The translations under genes and the position numbers were made by a program. Below are positions 7,933 through 17,821 of a stretch of 52,333 bases of DNA, in pieces; the first letter of the stretch is position 1, and every line of letters begins with the position of its first letter. Origin of the DNA: Nitrososphaerota archaeon (GTDB lineage Archaea > Thermoproteota > Nitrososphaeria > Nitrososphaerales > Nitrosopumilaceae); the NCBI GenBank assembly GCA_016126025.1, contig JAEFDA010000104.1, positions 1-52,333 on the forward strand, in the 5' to 3' direction. The notes under the pieces were generated by a model. The model was not told where the DNA came from, did not search any database, and saw nothing but the letters and a program-made list of their open reading frames with translations.

Positions 7933-8766
7933 TTATGCCGAGGCGGTCAGAATTAAAACTTGCCAGGGGAACGATATGGTCCCGTCCGGGCCCGTGTACG
8001 GTATGGTGTTGCGGCGGACCGCCTCCCGGAGCTCCCCCATACGATGTGGCCCCAGCGCCCGTATCTTGCGGCGCTGCGCCTCGGATATGTACCCCACGTA
8101 CCCGTTCCAGTACGCGTCAAAGTCGCCGGGGCTGTACCGGTATGCCATGGTCTGTACGGATATGTCGTGGTATCCGGCCCCCCCGGCCAGCCCGCGCAGG
8201 GCCCCGGCCTCCGAGTAGCGGTCCAGGGCCGGCGCCCCCGGGGGGATATAGTCGGGGATGTACGAAGGGATCTCCCGCAGCAAGCACCCGTGGTAGGGGA
8301 CCTCCTCCAAGGTACCATGTACCGCGACGCCCAGTCGGCCCCCGGGCTTGGTCATCGATATCATATTCCGCAGGGCGGCGGGCGCGTCCGGAAAGAAGAA
8401 TATGGCGAACTGGCACACCGCCATGTCGAACCGGGCCGCCAGGGGCATGGCCTCGGCGTCGGCGTTCACATACATCAGGTTGGGCGGAATACCATACTCC
8501 GACGCTATGCGCAGGGCGGTATCGGAGGCGTCCACCCCTATTACGAGCCCGCCGGGGCCCACCCTCTCCATGATGTGGCGGGTGGCCGCTCCCGTCCCGC
8601 AGCCCACGTCCAGGACCGCATCGCCGGCGGATATGCCCACCTCATCCAGCAACATGTCGGCGCAGCCAAAGGGGCCCGCTCCGGGCCCGGCCCACTTGGA
8701 ATGGTACCTGGGGGCAACCTCGTCCCATGTCTCCACGGTTGCCCGCTTGTACGCGGCGGGGCTCAC
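7933..8766 (-). CDS. Class I SAM-dependent methyltransferase
   Basis: Only the C-terminal 278 codons of track ORF 7933..9297 look coding. 'VLDVGCGTGAATRHI' is SAM motif I; 'LVIGVDAS' follows. The GTG at 8766 overlaps the coaBC stop (GTGA). Confidence 0.8.
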   Translation of the reverse strand: MSPAAYKRATVETWDEVAPRYHSKWAGPGAGPFGCADMLLDEVGISAGDAVLDVGCGTGAATRHIMERVGPGGLVIGVDASDTALRIASEYGIPPNLMYVNADAEAMPLAARFDMAVCQFAIFFFPDAPAALRNMISMTKPGGRLGVAVHGTLEEVPYHGCLLREIPSYIPDYIPPGAPALDRYSEAGALRGLAGGAGYHDISVQTMAYRYSPGDFDAYWNGYVGYISEAQRRKIRALGPHRMGELREAVRRNTIPYTGPDGTISFPWQVLILTASA

Positions 8767-9998
8767 CGGGGGCGGGCCGTCCACTTCTCCTCTATCTTCT
8801 GCTTGATGAACCGGACCACGTCCTCCTTCTGCTTGCGGCCGGAGCTGGAGTGGCCCTCGCGGTCCACTATGATGACGCGGTTGTTCTCCGGGTCGCTCTG
8901 GTACCCGTCGCCCACGTCGTTGGCGATCACCATGTCCGCGTCGGCCTCCTTCATCTTCTGGCGGGCCGACTCTATCAGGTCCTCGTCGGAGATGTTCACC
9001 TCGGCCTTGAAGCCCACCAGCAGGACATCGCCGGCCACCACCCGGATGCGGTCTATTATCTTGGGGGTTTTGGACATTTTGATATCCAAACCGGACAGCT
9101 CGCTGTCTATCTTGGAGCGGTTGTACTCGGAGGGGGTGTAGTCGGCCGCCGCCGCTGCCATCACTATGATATCCTGGTCGTTGGAGGCCTCCCGGAGGGT
9201 CGCCTCCATCATCTCGGCGGTGCTGGTGACGCTTATGAGCCGGACGCCCGACGGCGGCCTTTCCCGCCCGGGCCCGTACACCATGGTGACGTCGCACCCG
9301 TCCAGCACCAGCTCAGAGGCCAGCAGCACGCCGGTCAGCCCCGAGCTCATGTTTGTGACGGCCCGCACCGGGTCTATGCGCTCCAGGGTGGGCCCGGCCA
9401 CCACCAGCACGCGGCGGCCCCGCAGCGGCGCCGTCCTAGATATGGTCTGTATCACGGTGTCCAGTACCTCTTCTGGCTCGGCCGCCTTGGCCTTGCCCTC
9501 CGTTATGGTGGGGGGCGCAAAGCGCACCGACCGTTCCAAAAACTCGATGTTGCGGCGCACCGCCGGGTTCACGTACAGCGAGTCGTGCATCGCCGGGCAG
9601 ACCAGTATGGGCATGCCCGAGCCCAATGCGGTGGTGAGTATGGTGGAGACCGCGGTGTCATCTATGCCGCAGGCCATCTTGGATATGGTGTTGGCCGTGG
9701 CCGGGTACACCAGTATGAGATCCGTGTTGTGGCGGTCGGCCAGCGATATGTGCTCCATGTCGCCGCCCAGCGACACAATGGCGGGATGTCCCGTCGCCCA
9801 GGTCATGTACTGGGGCGTGATCAGCTCAGCGGCGGACGGCGTCAGCACGCACCGAACCGTTCCCCCATGCCGCATCAGCAGCCGGGCCAGCTCCACGGCC
9901 CGGTAGGCGGCCACGCTGCCCGTGACACACAGTACTATCTTCTTGCCGAGCAGCTCCTTGCCGTCGGTTCCGGTTATGTCCAGGGAGGGGTGATCCAT
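8763..9998 (-). CDS. coaBC: Bifunctional phosphopantothenoylcysteine decarboxylase / phosphopantothenate-cysteine ligase
   Basis: 411 aa. N-terminal flavoprotein 'KKIVLCVTGSVAAYRAVELARLLMRHG'; C-terminal DFP/CoaB domain 'RAVTNMSSG..G'. Confidence 0.92.
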   Translation of the reverse strand: MDHPSLDITGTDGKELLGKKIVLCVTGSVAAYRAVELARLLMRHGGTVRCVLTPSAAELITPQYMTWATGHPAIVSLGGDMEHISLADRHNTDLILVYPATANTISKMACGIDDTAVSTILTTALGSGMPILVCPAMHDSLYVNPAVRRNIEFLERSVRFAPPTITEGKAKAAEPEEVLDTVIQTISRTAPLRGRRVLVVAGPTLERIDPVRAVTNMSSGLTGVLLASELVLDGCDVTMVYGPGRERPPSGVRLISVTSTAEMMEATLREASNDQDIIVMAAAAADYTPSEYNRSKIDSELSGLDIKMSKTPKIIDRIRVVAGDVLLVGFKAEVNISDEDLIESARQKMKEADADMVIANDVGDGYQSDPENNRVIIVDREGHSSSGRKQKEDVVRFIKQKIEEKWTARPR

Positions 9999-10793
9999 CT
10001 AACCATCCCTCACCGGGAACGTGTGCTCCTCCGCCGGGAACGCGCCGCTCTCCACATCGTCCCTGTACGCGGATACGGCCTGTCTTATATCCTCCGATAG
10101 GGAGGCGTACCTCTTGACGAACCTGAGGCTGGCCGGGTACATGCCCAGCATGTCGTGTATCACCAGCACCTGCCCGTCACAGAGCGGACCCGAGCCTATC
10201 CCTATGGTGGGGACATCTAGGGCGCCGGTTATATCCCCGGCGGTCCGCCCGGCGACCTTCTCCAGCACTATGCAGAAGGCCCCCGCCTCCTGGATGGCCC
10301 GCGCCTCCTCCAGCATAGTGTCGGCCTCGTGCGCGGTCTGGCCCCGTACCCCGTACCCGCCCGAGAGGCTGGCGCTCTGCGGCTGCAGCCCTATGTGGCC
10401 CATCACCGGTATGCCCGCCAGCGTGATGGCGCGTATGGCATCAGTGTATGGCCCCTCCAGCTTTACGGCGTCGGCGCCCTCCCGCACCAGCCGGCCGGCG
10501 TTCCGCACCGCCTCGGCCACATCCGCCTGGTACGACATGAAGGGCATGTCGGCCACCACCGTGCACCCCTTGCGGGCCCGGGCCACCGCCCCGGTGAACA
10601 GGCACATGTGGTCCATGGTGACGGGTATGGTGCTGGGGTGCCCCAGCATGACCATCCCGGCGCTGTCCCCCACCAGCAGTATGTCGGCTCCCCCCTCCTC
10701 GCAGAGGGAGGCCATGGTATAGTCGTACGCGGTCACCGCCACTATCTTCTTGGCGCCCTTCATGTCTTGTATGCCCGACACCCGGCTATGCAC
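9999..10793 (-). CDS. panB: 3-methyl-2-oxobutanoate hydroxymethyltransferase (ketopantoate hydroxymethyltransferase)
   Basis: 264 aa with 'KIVAVTAYDYTMASL', 'LLVGDSAGMVMLGH' and 'VVADMPFMSYQ', all typical PanB motifs. Confidence 0.92.
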   Translation of the reverse strand: MHSRVSGIQDMKGAKKIVAVTAYDYTMASLCEEGGADILLVGDSAGMVMLGHPSTIPVTMDHMCLFTGAVARARKGCTVVADMPFMSYQADVAEAVRNAGRLVREGADAVKLEGPYTDAIRAITLAGIPVMGHIGLQPQSASLSGGYGVRGQTAHEADTMLEEARAIQEAGAFCIVLEKVAGRTAGDITGALDVPTIGIGSGPLCDGQVLVIHDMLGMYPASLRFVKRYASLSEDIRQAVSAYRDDVESGAFPAEEHTFPVRDG

Positions 10794-11538
10794 GGCGGCC
10801 GCCCCCGAAGTTGCGCGCCATAATTCTGGAGCTCTCGGCCAGGTTGGAGTCGTTGCGGAACGCCCCCAGCACGGCCCGCAGGGAGCCCTCGTCGTACTGG
10901 GTCATCTGGGAACAGTACTGCGCCAGCCGGGGCATGGCCCGCACCACATTGTCCACTATTGTGATGTGCGCCGCCCGCGCCGTCCTGGAGGCGGGGTTCA
11001 GGTCTATGGCTATGACCCTCTTGCCGGCCGCCGCCAGGGCCTCGGCGCGGTCGCCGTCCTCCAGCGGGACCAGGACCGTGTCAGCCGCCAGGATGCCCCG
11101 GGCGCTCACCAGCCGCCGGGGCGAGTCCGTACCCGGCAGCGTGGCGCGGTCCTCCTCGGTGCCCAGCACCTCGGCGGCCCCGCGCCGCCGCAGCATGCCT
11201 GCTATGACGCGCCGCCGCCGGATGTCGTCATAGAACAGGTTGACCTCCAGGATGCAGCCGGCCGCCTCGGCCAGCCGCACGGCATCGGCGGCGCACAGCG
11301 CCGCCAGGTTCCCGTTCACCGATATTACGGGCTTCTTGGACAGCAGCAGGGCCGCGGCGGCGGCGTGGGCGGCCCTCTGGGCCGTTATGGTGCTCTCCTC
11401 CCCCAGCATGTAGTCGAACGCCTCCCCCCGGCCGTGGGCCATCAGCCCCTCGGAGGCGACGGCCCCCGCCTCGAACCCGCCGGCGAGCATCTCGCGTATG
11501 CGCAGCGACTCGTACCGGGGGTGGGTGGGGGGTATCAT
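10786..11538 (-). CDS. Archaeal phosphopantothenate synthetase (4-phosphopantoate--beta-alanine ligase, PPS)
   Basis: 250 aa. 'HPRYESLRIRE...GLMAHGRGEAFDYMLGE...KKPVISVNGNLAAL' matches my memory of the archaeal PPS (DUF137/COG1701) family. Overlaps panB by 8 nt. Confidence 0.85.
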   Translation of the reverse strand: MIPPTHPRYESLRIREMLAGGFEAGAVASEGLMAHGRGEAFDYMLGEESTITAQRAAHAAAAALLLSKKPVISVNGNLAALCAADAVRLAEAAGCILEVNLFYDDIRRRRVIAGMLRRRGAAEVLGTEEDRATLPGTDSPRRLVSARGILAADTVLVPLEDGDRAEALAAAGKRVIAIDLNPASRTARAAHITIVDNVVRAMPRLAQYCSQMTQYDEGSLRAVLGAFRNDSNLAESSRIMARNFGGGRRA

Positions 11539-12377
11539 ATGGCGCGGGCCCCCTCATGGTCTATGCCGGTGAGCACCGGGTCGTACGGGCGCAGCGCCTC
11601 CATGACGCCGCCGGCATCATCCTGTGGCACCATGCTGAATATGGTGCCGCCCAGCATGGCCACCCCGCAGGGGTACCCGGCCCTCTCCAAGGCGCTGGCT
11701 CCTGACTCCATCTGGGGGGTTATGGTCCCGGCCTTCCGGGCGAACTCCATCGACAGTCGCTGGAACGTGCCCATGTCGGGGTGCCGGTCCAGCTCCGCCA
11801 CCATCCGGCCTCCCATGCCGTTCAGTATGCCCATGCGGTCCCGCAGAAAGTCGCTGGTGGAGAGCGGCGAGAGGCACGCCACCACGACCGCCGGATCCCC
11901 CGCCTCCAGGCGGCGGATTATTCCTCTTCCGGGCCCCCCCGGCCGCACCCTTATCTCGAAGCCGCCGTGGTATGCGGCCAGCACGTCCCCCAGGCCGGTG
12001 CGCAGGCGCACCTCCGATATGTGGGCCATCATGGCCAGACTCTCTTTAGGCATGCGGGTCCCCAGCGCCGTATCCAGCGCGTACAGGGCGGAGAGCGCCA
12101 GCGCCCCGCTGGACCCCAGCCCGTACCCGGCCGGGACGCCCATCTCGTGGCTCATGTGCACGGGGGTGCTCACACCGGTGGCCCGGCGGAACTCCTCCAG
12201 CACGTATTGTGCCATGCCCGGCCGCACCGCATCATGTCCGGCATCCTCCACCGTGGTGGTGACGCCCCTCTGTATGGAGAAGCCGGCGCCCACGGATCCG
12301 GTGTCGGCGGCGGATCCGGACTCCTCCACGCCAAAAAAGCCGGTCACGTGCGCCGGACAGAAGGCTGCGCCCCTCAT
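11535..12377 (-). CDS. Archaeal pantoate kinase (GHMP kinase superfamily, PoK)
   Basis: Uses the internal ATG at 12377 (MRGAAFCPAHVTGFFGV...) of track ORF 11535..12644. GHMP motif 'PAGYGLGSSGALALS'. The ATGA overlaps the PPS start. Confidence 0.85.
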   Translation of the reverse strand: MRGAAFCPAHVTGFFGVEESGSAADTGSVGAGFSIQRGVTTTVEDAGHDAVRPGMAQYVLEEFRRATGVSTPVHMSHEMGVPAGYGLGSSGALALSALYALDTALGTRMPKESLAMMAHISEVRLRTGLGDVLAAYHGGFEIRVRPGGPGRGIIRRLEAGDPAVVVACLSPLSTSDFLRDRMGILNGMGGRMVAELDRHPDMGTFQRLSMEFARKAGTITPQMESGASALERAGYPCGVAMLGGTIFSMVPQDDAGGVMEALRPYDPVLTGIDHEGARAI

Positions 12378-12441
12378 GAGTGCCGGTTTAAACTGTAGAC
12401 AAAATATAAGAATATGGCTTAAACCAATTATACTGGTATAA
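12378..12441. promoter_or_regulatory. Divergent AT-rich promoter region (CoA operon / phoU-like gene)
   Basis: 64-bp spacer containing AAAATATAAGAATAT (12401-12415). It lies about 29 nt from the ATG at 12377 (-) and about 35 nt from the ATG at 12442 (+). Confidence 0.4.
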
Positions 12442-13401
12442 ATGGCCCGGTTCCTGCGGCGGCTCCAGCGGATAGGCTCCAGCGTTTTGGTATCGCTGCC
12501 CAAGGAGTGGGTCATACAGAACGGCCTGGAGAAGGGCAGCCAGGTGGAGATAGAGACCTCCAGGGGGGGCCTCTCGGTGGCGGCGACGGGGCGGCAGACC
12601 CGGGAGCTCTCCATAGCGTACCCGCTGCCCCCCGACGAGAACATAACGGCGGACTTGACGGGCGCCTACCTGCTGGGGTACGACGCGATACAGGTCACCG
12701 GGCCTGCGATCCCCGCCGGGGACCGCGAGCTGATACGGGACTCGACCCGGCGTTTGGCGGGGATGGAGATCGTCGAGGAGGACCGCTCGCACGTCACGCT
12801 GCAGTTCCTGCTGGATCCGACCACCCTGGACCCCCGCCGCATCCTGCTCCGGATGAACTCCATAGCCTTGGGGATGTTCGGCGAGGTGCTCAAGGGCATG
12901 GAGACCGGCGAGCTCTCGGCGCTGGGGACTCTCCGGAACCGCGACGCGGAGGTGAACCGGCAGTACTTTCTGCTGGTGAGGCTGATACGGTCCGCCCTGG
13001 TGGACGGGCGCATATCGCACGCGTTCGACCTGGAGGGGGTCGACGTGCTGGACTACAGGGTGGCGGCCAACCTGCTGGAGAACGCCGGGGACTCCATAGT
13101 GGCGCTGGGCGCCGCCATGCGGGACTCGGGGCTGCCGGCCGGCCGGCTGCGGGGGGCCCGGGGGGCGGCCCGGGAGCTGGAGGGGGCCGCAGGCCGGGCT
13201 GTCCGGGCCCTGGTGGAGCGCGACCGGAGACTGGCCATACAGGCCATATCGCTCCACGCTTCATACCAGGAGGGGCTGGCGGCCCTGCGCGCCGACGCCG
13301 CCGGGGACATGGCCCTCATAGACGTGGTGTACGGCTTGGAGCGGATAGGGCGGTTCTGGGCGGACGTGGCGGATCTGGTGCGGCCCATCTACTACGATTG
13401 A
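12442..13401 (+). CDS. AbrB/SpoVT-domain + PhoU-domain phosphate-regulon-type regulator
   Basis: 319 aa. The N-terminus 'LQRIGSSVLVSLPKEWVIQNGLEKGSQVEI' is AbrB-like. It is followed by two PhoU-like helical repeats ('RDAEVNRQYFLLVRLI'). Confidence 0.8.
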   Translation: MARFLRRLQRIGSSVLVSLPKEWVIQNGLEKGSQVEIETSRGGLSVAATGRQTRELSIAYPLPPDENITADLTGAYLLGYDAIQVTGPAIPAGDRELIRDSTRRLAGMEIVEEDRSHVTLQFLLDPTTLDPRRILLRMNSIALGMFGEVLKGMETGELSALGTLRNRDAEVNRQYFLLVRLIRSALVDGRISHAFDLEGVDVLDYRVAANLLENAGDSIVALGAAMRDSGLPAGRLRGARGAARELEGAAGRAVRALVERDRRLAIQAISLHASYQEGLAALRADAAGDMALIDVVYGLERIGRFWADVADLVRPIYYD

Positions 13402-13907
13402 TATGCGGTATATGCCAGGAGGGCGCAGATGGTCTTGGAGTCCTGGATGCGGCCCGCCCTTATCATCTCCAGCAGGTTTGATATGGTGTATCTCTCAACG
13501 GATATTATCTCGTCCTCGTCGGGGTTGGACTGGGCCTCCTTCAGGTCGGAGGCCACAAAGCAGTGTATGACCTCGGTGTTGTATCCTATGGAGGGGTAGT
13601 ACGAGAGCAGCGGTTTGATGGAGCCGGCCATATACCCGGTCTCCTCGGTCAGCTCGCGGAGGGCGCAGTCCCGGGGGCTCTCGCCCTCCTCCAGGGTGCC
13701 GGCGGGTATTTCCAGGACGCGGCCCCGGGGGAACCGGTGCTGGTTCACCATGATTACCATACCGTCGGGATCAAAGGCTAGGATTGCGGCGGCGCCGGGG
13801 TGCTCTATTATCTCGCGGGTCACGCGCCTCCCCTCGATCTCGCCCTCGTACACGCTGAGACCCAGTATGCGGCCCCGGAACTTGGTATGGCGGGTCGCCC
13901 TGTCCAT
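13392..13907 (-). CDS. NUDIX hydrolase (ADP-ribose pyrophosphatase-like)
   Basis: 171 aa with the Nudix box 'GTLEEGESPRDCALRELTEETGY'. Its 3' end overlaps the convergent phoU-like gene by 10 nt. Confidence 0.88.
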   Translation of the reverse strand: MDRATRHTKFRGRILGLSVYEGEIEGRRVTREIIEHPGAAAILAFDPDGMVIMVNQHRFPRGRVLEIPAGTLEEGESPRDCALRELTEETGYMAGSIKPLLSYYPSIGYNTEVIHCFVASDLKEAQSNPDEDEIISVERYTISNLLEMIRAGRIQDSKTICALLAYTAYQS

Positions 13908-14420
13908 GATATTGCGGCAGAAATGGGGGCAAATGTACCTTTGCGCGGGAAGTCTCGGCGGAGGATCTGTCTAGAACGCGCCGGGGCTTACTTCGGACCA
14001 GACAGGCGGCGCCCGTAGTGGCGGACCTTGAGATCCGCTCAATTCCAAATACGGGCTGACGCGACAGTGTGCTCGGATCAAATTGTCTACAACTATTCAA
14101 CTACTGATGGGACACCGTCTGTCTGGCCGGTGTATTTCCGGATACTGAACTGTCAAAAAAACAGTACATGATCGTGGACATTATACGTAATATGCTAAAT
14201 AAGATCAAAATAGAATAGATGCTGATATGCCCCGCCCGACCCCCCTTCTTGGTGGGGCATGGACATGTGGGCCAAATCGATAGTATGTGAGCTGGAGCGG
14301 AATGTGCCACATATGACAGGATCATACTACCGCACGACCGAAGTTGGGCTGACATGCGGGCACGATTCAGAATCTCCGACAGGATAATCTTTTATGTAAT
14401 AATATGGGGAGTGGCGCATA

Positions 14421-15425
14421 GTGAGCCGATACAAATACGCGATGGTCGGGGCGGTGGCCCCGCTGGCAGCCATGGTGATCCTGGGCGTTGGTTGGGCCGA
14501 ACACGTATCTATACCGGAGGACGCCGACGAGCAATACCTAGACTACCTTGACCGGGCGACCTACATGCCGGAAGCGACGGGGGAGACGGAGAGCGAGTAC
14601 GGCGACTGCACGTTCAGGTACGCGACCAGTTCGCCAAACCCGGGCAGGGGAGGCAAGACCGACATGTCCATGGACTGCGGGATAGGTTACGGGGGCGGAG
14701 GCGGCGGAGGCGGCGACGAGCGCCTCTTCAACCTGTTGAAGCCGGACTTTGAAAGGCACCGCGACAGCATAACCTGGGAACAGACGGGGATAGAGTTCTG
14801 CACCATACAGACCGTCAACCACGCGCGTTTCCCCGGGCACGGTCCCAGTACCCTCTCAATCAACATTGACTGCTGGTGGATGGACGACGTAACAACGCTC
14901 AACGCCACCGTGGACGACCGCCCCGTCGAGGAGCTGGCCGCCGAGTCGGCCCACGCCATACTGGGCGTGGTAATCCAGACCGACACCATCCCTTACAACA
15001 TAACGGCGGCCAACGCGACGTCGGTCAACGGCACAGAAATTATCCGCGAGACAATCTTCACTGAGGTGACCGTGGCCGTCAACGAGGACCTGCGGGGAAC
15101 CTACGACGACAAACTGATAATGTTCCGGTTCGAGGGCGGCAGCATAGACGACACGAAGGTGATCAACCCGAACGCTCCAGAGTTCGAACTGGGCGAGCAG
15201 GTGCTGGTGTTGGTGGGCGAACCGGACCCGGACGGATACCATCCTATAGTGGGCCAGGTCAACGGCAAGTACAGCATCACCGAGGACATGTTTGCCATAG
15301 TGGGCTATTATGACCGGTACGGTCCGTTCTACGTCGAGGACGACCGGTACAGCACGCTGGATGAGCTGCGCGAATTGTTCAGGGACGTGCCGCCCGACCA
15401 GGCGGCCCAAGAGACGGCTCCCTGA
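14421..15425 (+). CDS. Exported/membrane-anchored hypothetical protein
   Basis: 334 aa with a GTG start. N-terminal hydrophobic segment 'MVGAVAPLAAMVILGVGWA', a poly-Gly run, and acidic composition. A TTTTATGTAATAAT element lies about 26 nt upstream. Confidence 0.7.
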   Translation: MSRYKYAMVGAVAPLAAMVILGVGWAEHVSIPEDADEQYLDYLDRATYMPEATGETESEYGDCTFRYATSSPNPGRGGKTDMSMDCGIGYGGGGGGGGDERLFNLLKPDFERHRDSITWEQTGIEFCTIQTVNHARFPGHGPSTLSINIDCWWMDDVTTLNATVDDRPVEELAAESAHAILGVVIQTDTIPYNITAANATSVNGTEIIRETIFTEVTVAVNEDLRGTYDDKLIMFRFEGGSIDDTKVINPNAPEFELGEQVLVLVGEPDPDGYHPIVGQVNGKYSITEDMFAIVGYYDRYGPFYVEDDRYSTLDELRELFRDVPPDQAAQETAP

Positions 15426-15466
15426 CACTGCCAGAGAGTGTTTCGGTTTCTGAAGTTTTATGAGGC

Positions 15467-15691
15467 TTGGTGGAATCGCGGATGCGGGATCCAGTGAAGA
15501 GACGCCCGCCGTTCCTGAACCCGACCGAGTGGCTGTGGCGCAATGGCAAGGTGGGGATACGCAGGACGCTCAGGCGGCCGGCCAAGAGCTACTTCAGGCG
15601 GAAGGTAATGTTCGTGTGCAAGTCGCTTGAAATAAAACTCAAACCGAGCAACATTCTGTTCAGAAACTTGGACAGGATATTTCCGGCATAA
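15467..15691 (+). pseudogene. IS630-type transposase, extreme C-terminal fragment
   Basis: 'PPFLNPTEWLWRNGKVGIRRTLRRPAKSY' and the underlying DNA closely resemble the 4670-4770 fragment (roughly 85-90% identity by eye). Confidence 0.75.
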
Positions 15692-15841
15692 AGCGCATTG
15701 GAGTATTTATGATCTTAACTATATACGGCATAACCAAAGCATGCATCATGTTTTCTGGAGCGCCGTCGGGTCCAGGCGCGCGCCGGCCGGCTTGTCGAGG
15801 GTTTATTAGTGCAGTGGCACCAACCGTACCGGGTATATTCG

Positions 15842-17821
15842 ATGGGGCGCGGACTTATTTTGACCACATGTGCGGGGGTTGCCGTTGCGGTTCTGGCGGT
15901 CGCATATTTGGGGGCCGTCCCGACAACCTCCGCTCAGTATATGGGTAATGTGGAACCCGGCGACACCTACACCACTACCGTCCCCGCGTGCTTTCAGGAA
16001 CCTCTGGCGCCGTACATACAGGTGCGGCAGGGGCTGGCACCCGATGATATCGTGTGCAAGGAGGGCCTCGTGCTGGCCGCAAGGGAGGGCGGCGATCCCT
16101 TGTGCATAAGGGAGGAGTCAGTCCAGACGTTGCTGCGCCTAGGCTGGACGGTGGACATATCCGGGCATACGGATCCGGACGACACGTGGAACCCGCAGTC
16201 AAAGCCCTACGACCGCCGCGTCTACTGCAATGATAACTTGAAGGTGGAGGTGGAGCGACATATAGAGGAGTATACACTGCAAGAGAGTCTGTCGCTGTCC
16301 TCCCCACGCATGGCCGCTCCCCAAGCCGCAGACCAGAATATGGGACTGGCCGTCGGCGGCGCCCAGGACGTCAACAACTTTAGGGCAAACGTCGAGAACG
16401 GCTACCTGCCGCTGCATACCGACATTACGTATGAGGGGCTCTTCTATGACTATTATTTCGATACCGGGAGAGGCGCCGAGTGCAAGGCGCTCTTCTGTCC
16501 GTCGTACAGCTATGCGGTGTCCGCGGATCCGTTCTCCGGAGAGCGCGAGTACTACCTGTCGGTGGGGCTAAACTCGGGGCTGAAGGAGTCCGACTTTAAC
16601 CGGAGGGACCTCAACCTGGTTATAGTTTTGGATGTCTCCGGATCCATGGGCGCGCCGTTTGATCGGTATTATTATGATGATCCCCTCGCGGCCAGTACCG
16701 ACGCCCGCACCAAGATGCAGATCGCCAACGAGGCGGTGGCGGGCCTGGTGGACCATCTGGGCCCCGACGACAACCTGGGGATGGTCCTGTTCAACAACGG
16801 GGCGCATCTCGCAAAGCCGCTGGAGAGCATGGGGTCGGCCGACAGGGACAGGCTCAAGGCCAACATAATGGGCATACACGAGGGCGGAGGGACGAACATG
16901 GACGCGGGCATGAACTTGGGGACCTCGCTGTTCGGCGAGACGGCGGACGGCTACGAGAACCGCATCATCTTTCTCACCGACGCCATGCCAAATTTGGGCG
17001 ACATATCACGGGCGGGCCTGTTCAAGACCGTGTCTGACAACTCCGAGAACGGCATACATACCACATTCATAGGGGTGGGGGTCGACTTCAACACCGGGCT
17101 GGTAGAGGCGCTGACCAAGATCCGGGGGGCGAACTACTACTCGGTTCACTCGGCCGAGGAGTTCAAGAACAGGATGGTGGACGAGTTCGAGCTGATGGTT
17201 ACGCCGCTGGTGTTCGACCTGGAGCTCAACTTGGAGGCGGACGGCTACGAGATAGAGGAGGTGTACGGCTCGCCGGAGGCAGACCAGGCGACCGGTGAGA
17301 TAATGAGGGTGAGTACGCTCTTTCCCTCCCGGACGGAGGACGGCCAGACCAGGGGCGGGATAATACTGCTCAAGCTGGAGCGGGTCTCCGACGATGCCGT
17401 TCTGGTCCTGAGCACCACGTACGAGAGCGTGGACGGGGAGACCGGGGGGGTCCGGATGGCGGTGGGCATTGGCCCGCACGACCGGGACTACTACGAGAAC
17501 ACCGGCGTATGGAAGGGCGTGCTGCTGGCCAGGTACGCCGACCTAATGAAGGCGTGGATACTCGACGAGAGGGCCGCCCTGGCCGGGGCGCCCGTCGTGC
17601 GGCCGTCTTTTTACGATGACGGAATCCATGTTCCGGACCACGACGGTTGGGCCCTCGGCCAGTGGGAGAGGCAGTCGGCCCCGCTGCAGGTCTCGGACCA
17701 CCACAGGGAGGCGTTCTCCGAGTTTCATGGGTACTTTGGCGCGGAAGCGGCCGCCATCGGAGACGAGGCTCTCCGGCAGGAGCTCGAGGTATTGGCCAAG
17801 CTGGCAGACCATGGCGGGTAG
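15842..17821 (+). CDS. von Willebrand factor A domain protein, YfbK-like, N-terminally anchored
   Basis: The ATG at 15842 gives the TM segment 'LILTTCAGVAVAVLAVAYLG'. 'NNFRANVENGYLPLHTDITYEGLFYDYYF' is the vWA N-terminal module. MIDAS motif 'VIVLDVSGSMG', then 'GGGTNMDAG' and 'IIFLTDAMPN'. Confidence 0.85.
   Translation: MGRGLILTTCAGVAVAVLAVAYLGAVPTTSAQYMGNVEPGDTYTTTVPACFQEPLAPYIQVRQGLAPDDIVCKEGLVLAAREGGDPLCIREESVQTLLRLGWTVDISGHTDPDDTWNPQSKPYDRRVYCNDNLKVEVERHIEEYTLQESLSLSSPRMAAPQAADQNMGLAVGGAQDVNNFRANVENGYLPLHTDITYEGLFYDYYFDTGRGAECKALFCPSYSYAVSADPFSGEREYYLSVGLNSGLKESDFNRRDLNLVIVLDVSGSMGAPFDRYYYDDPLAASTDARTKMQIANEAVAGLVDHLGPDDNLGMVLFNNGAHLAKPLESMGSADRDRLKANIMGIHEGGGTNMDAGMNLGTSLFGETADGYENRIIFLTDAMPNLGDISRAGLFKTVSDNSENGIHTTFIGVGVDFNTGLVEALTKIRGANYYSVHSAEEFKNRMVDEFELMVTPLVFDLELNLEADGYEIEEVYGSPEADQATGEIMRVSTLFPSRTEDGQTRGGIILLKLERVSDDAVLVLSTTYESVDGETGGVRMAVGIGPHDRDYYENTGVWKGVLLARYADLMKAWILDERAALAGAPVVRPSFYDDGIHVPDHDGWALGQWERQSAPLQVSDHHREAFSEFHGYFGAEAAAIGDEALRQELEVLAKLADHGG

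Noticed and set aside
8767-9297. N-terminal 177 codons of track ORF 7933..9297, which would make a 454-aa methyltransferase.
   Set aside because: This part overlaps coaBC in another frame and translates to Arg/Gly/Pro-rich nonsense. The methyltransferase fold begins right after the GTG at 8766, which overlaps the coaBC stop.
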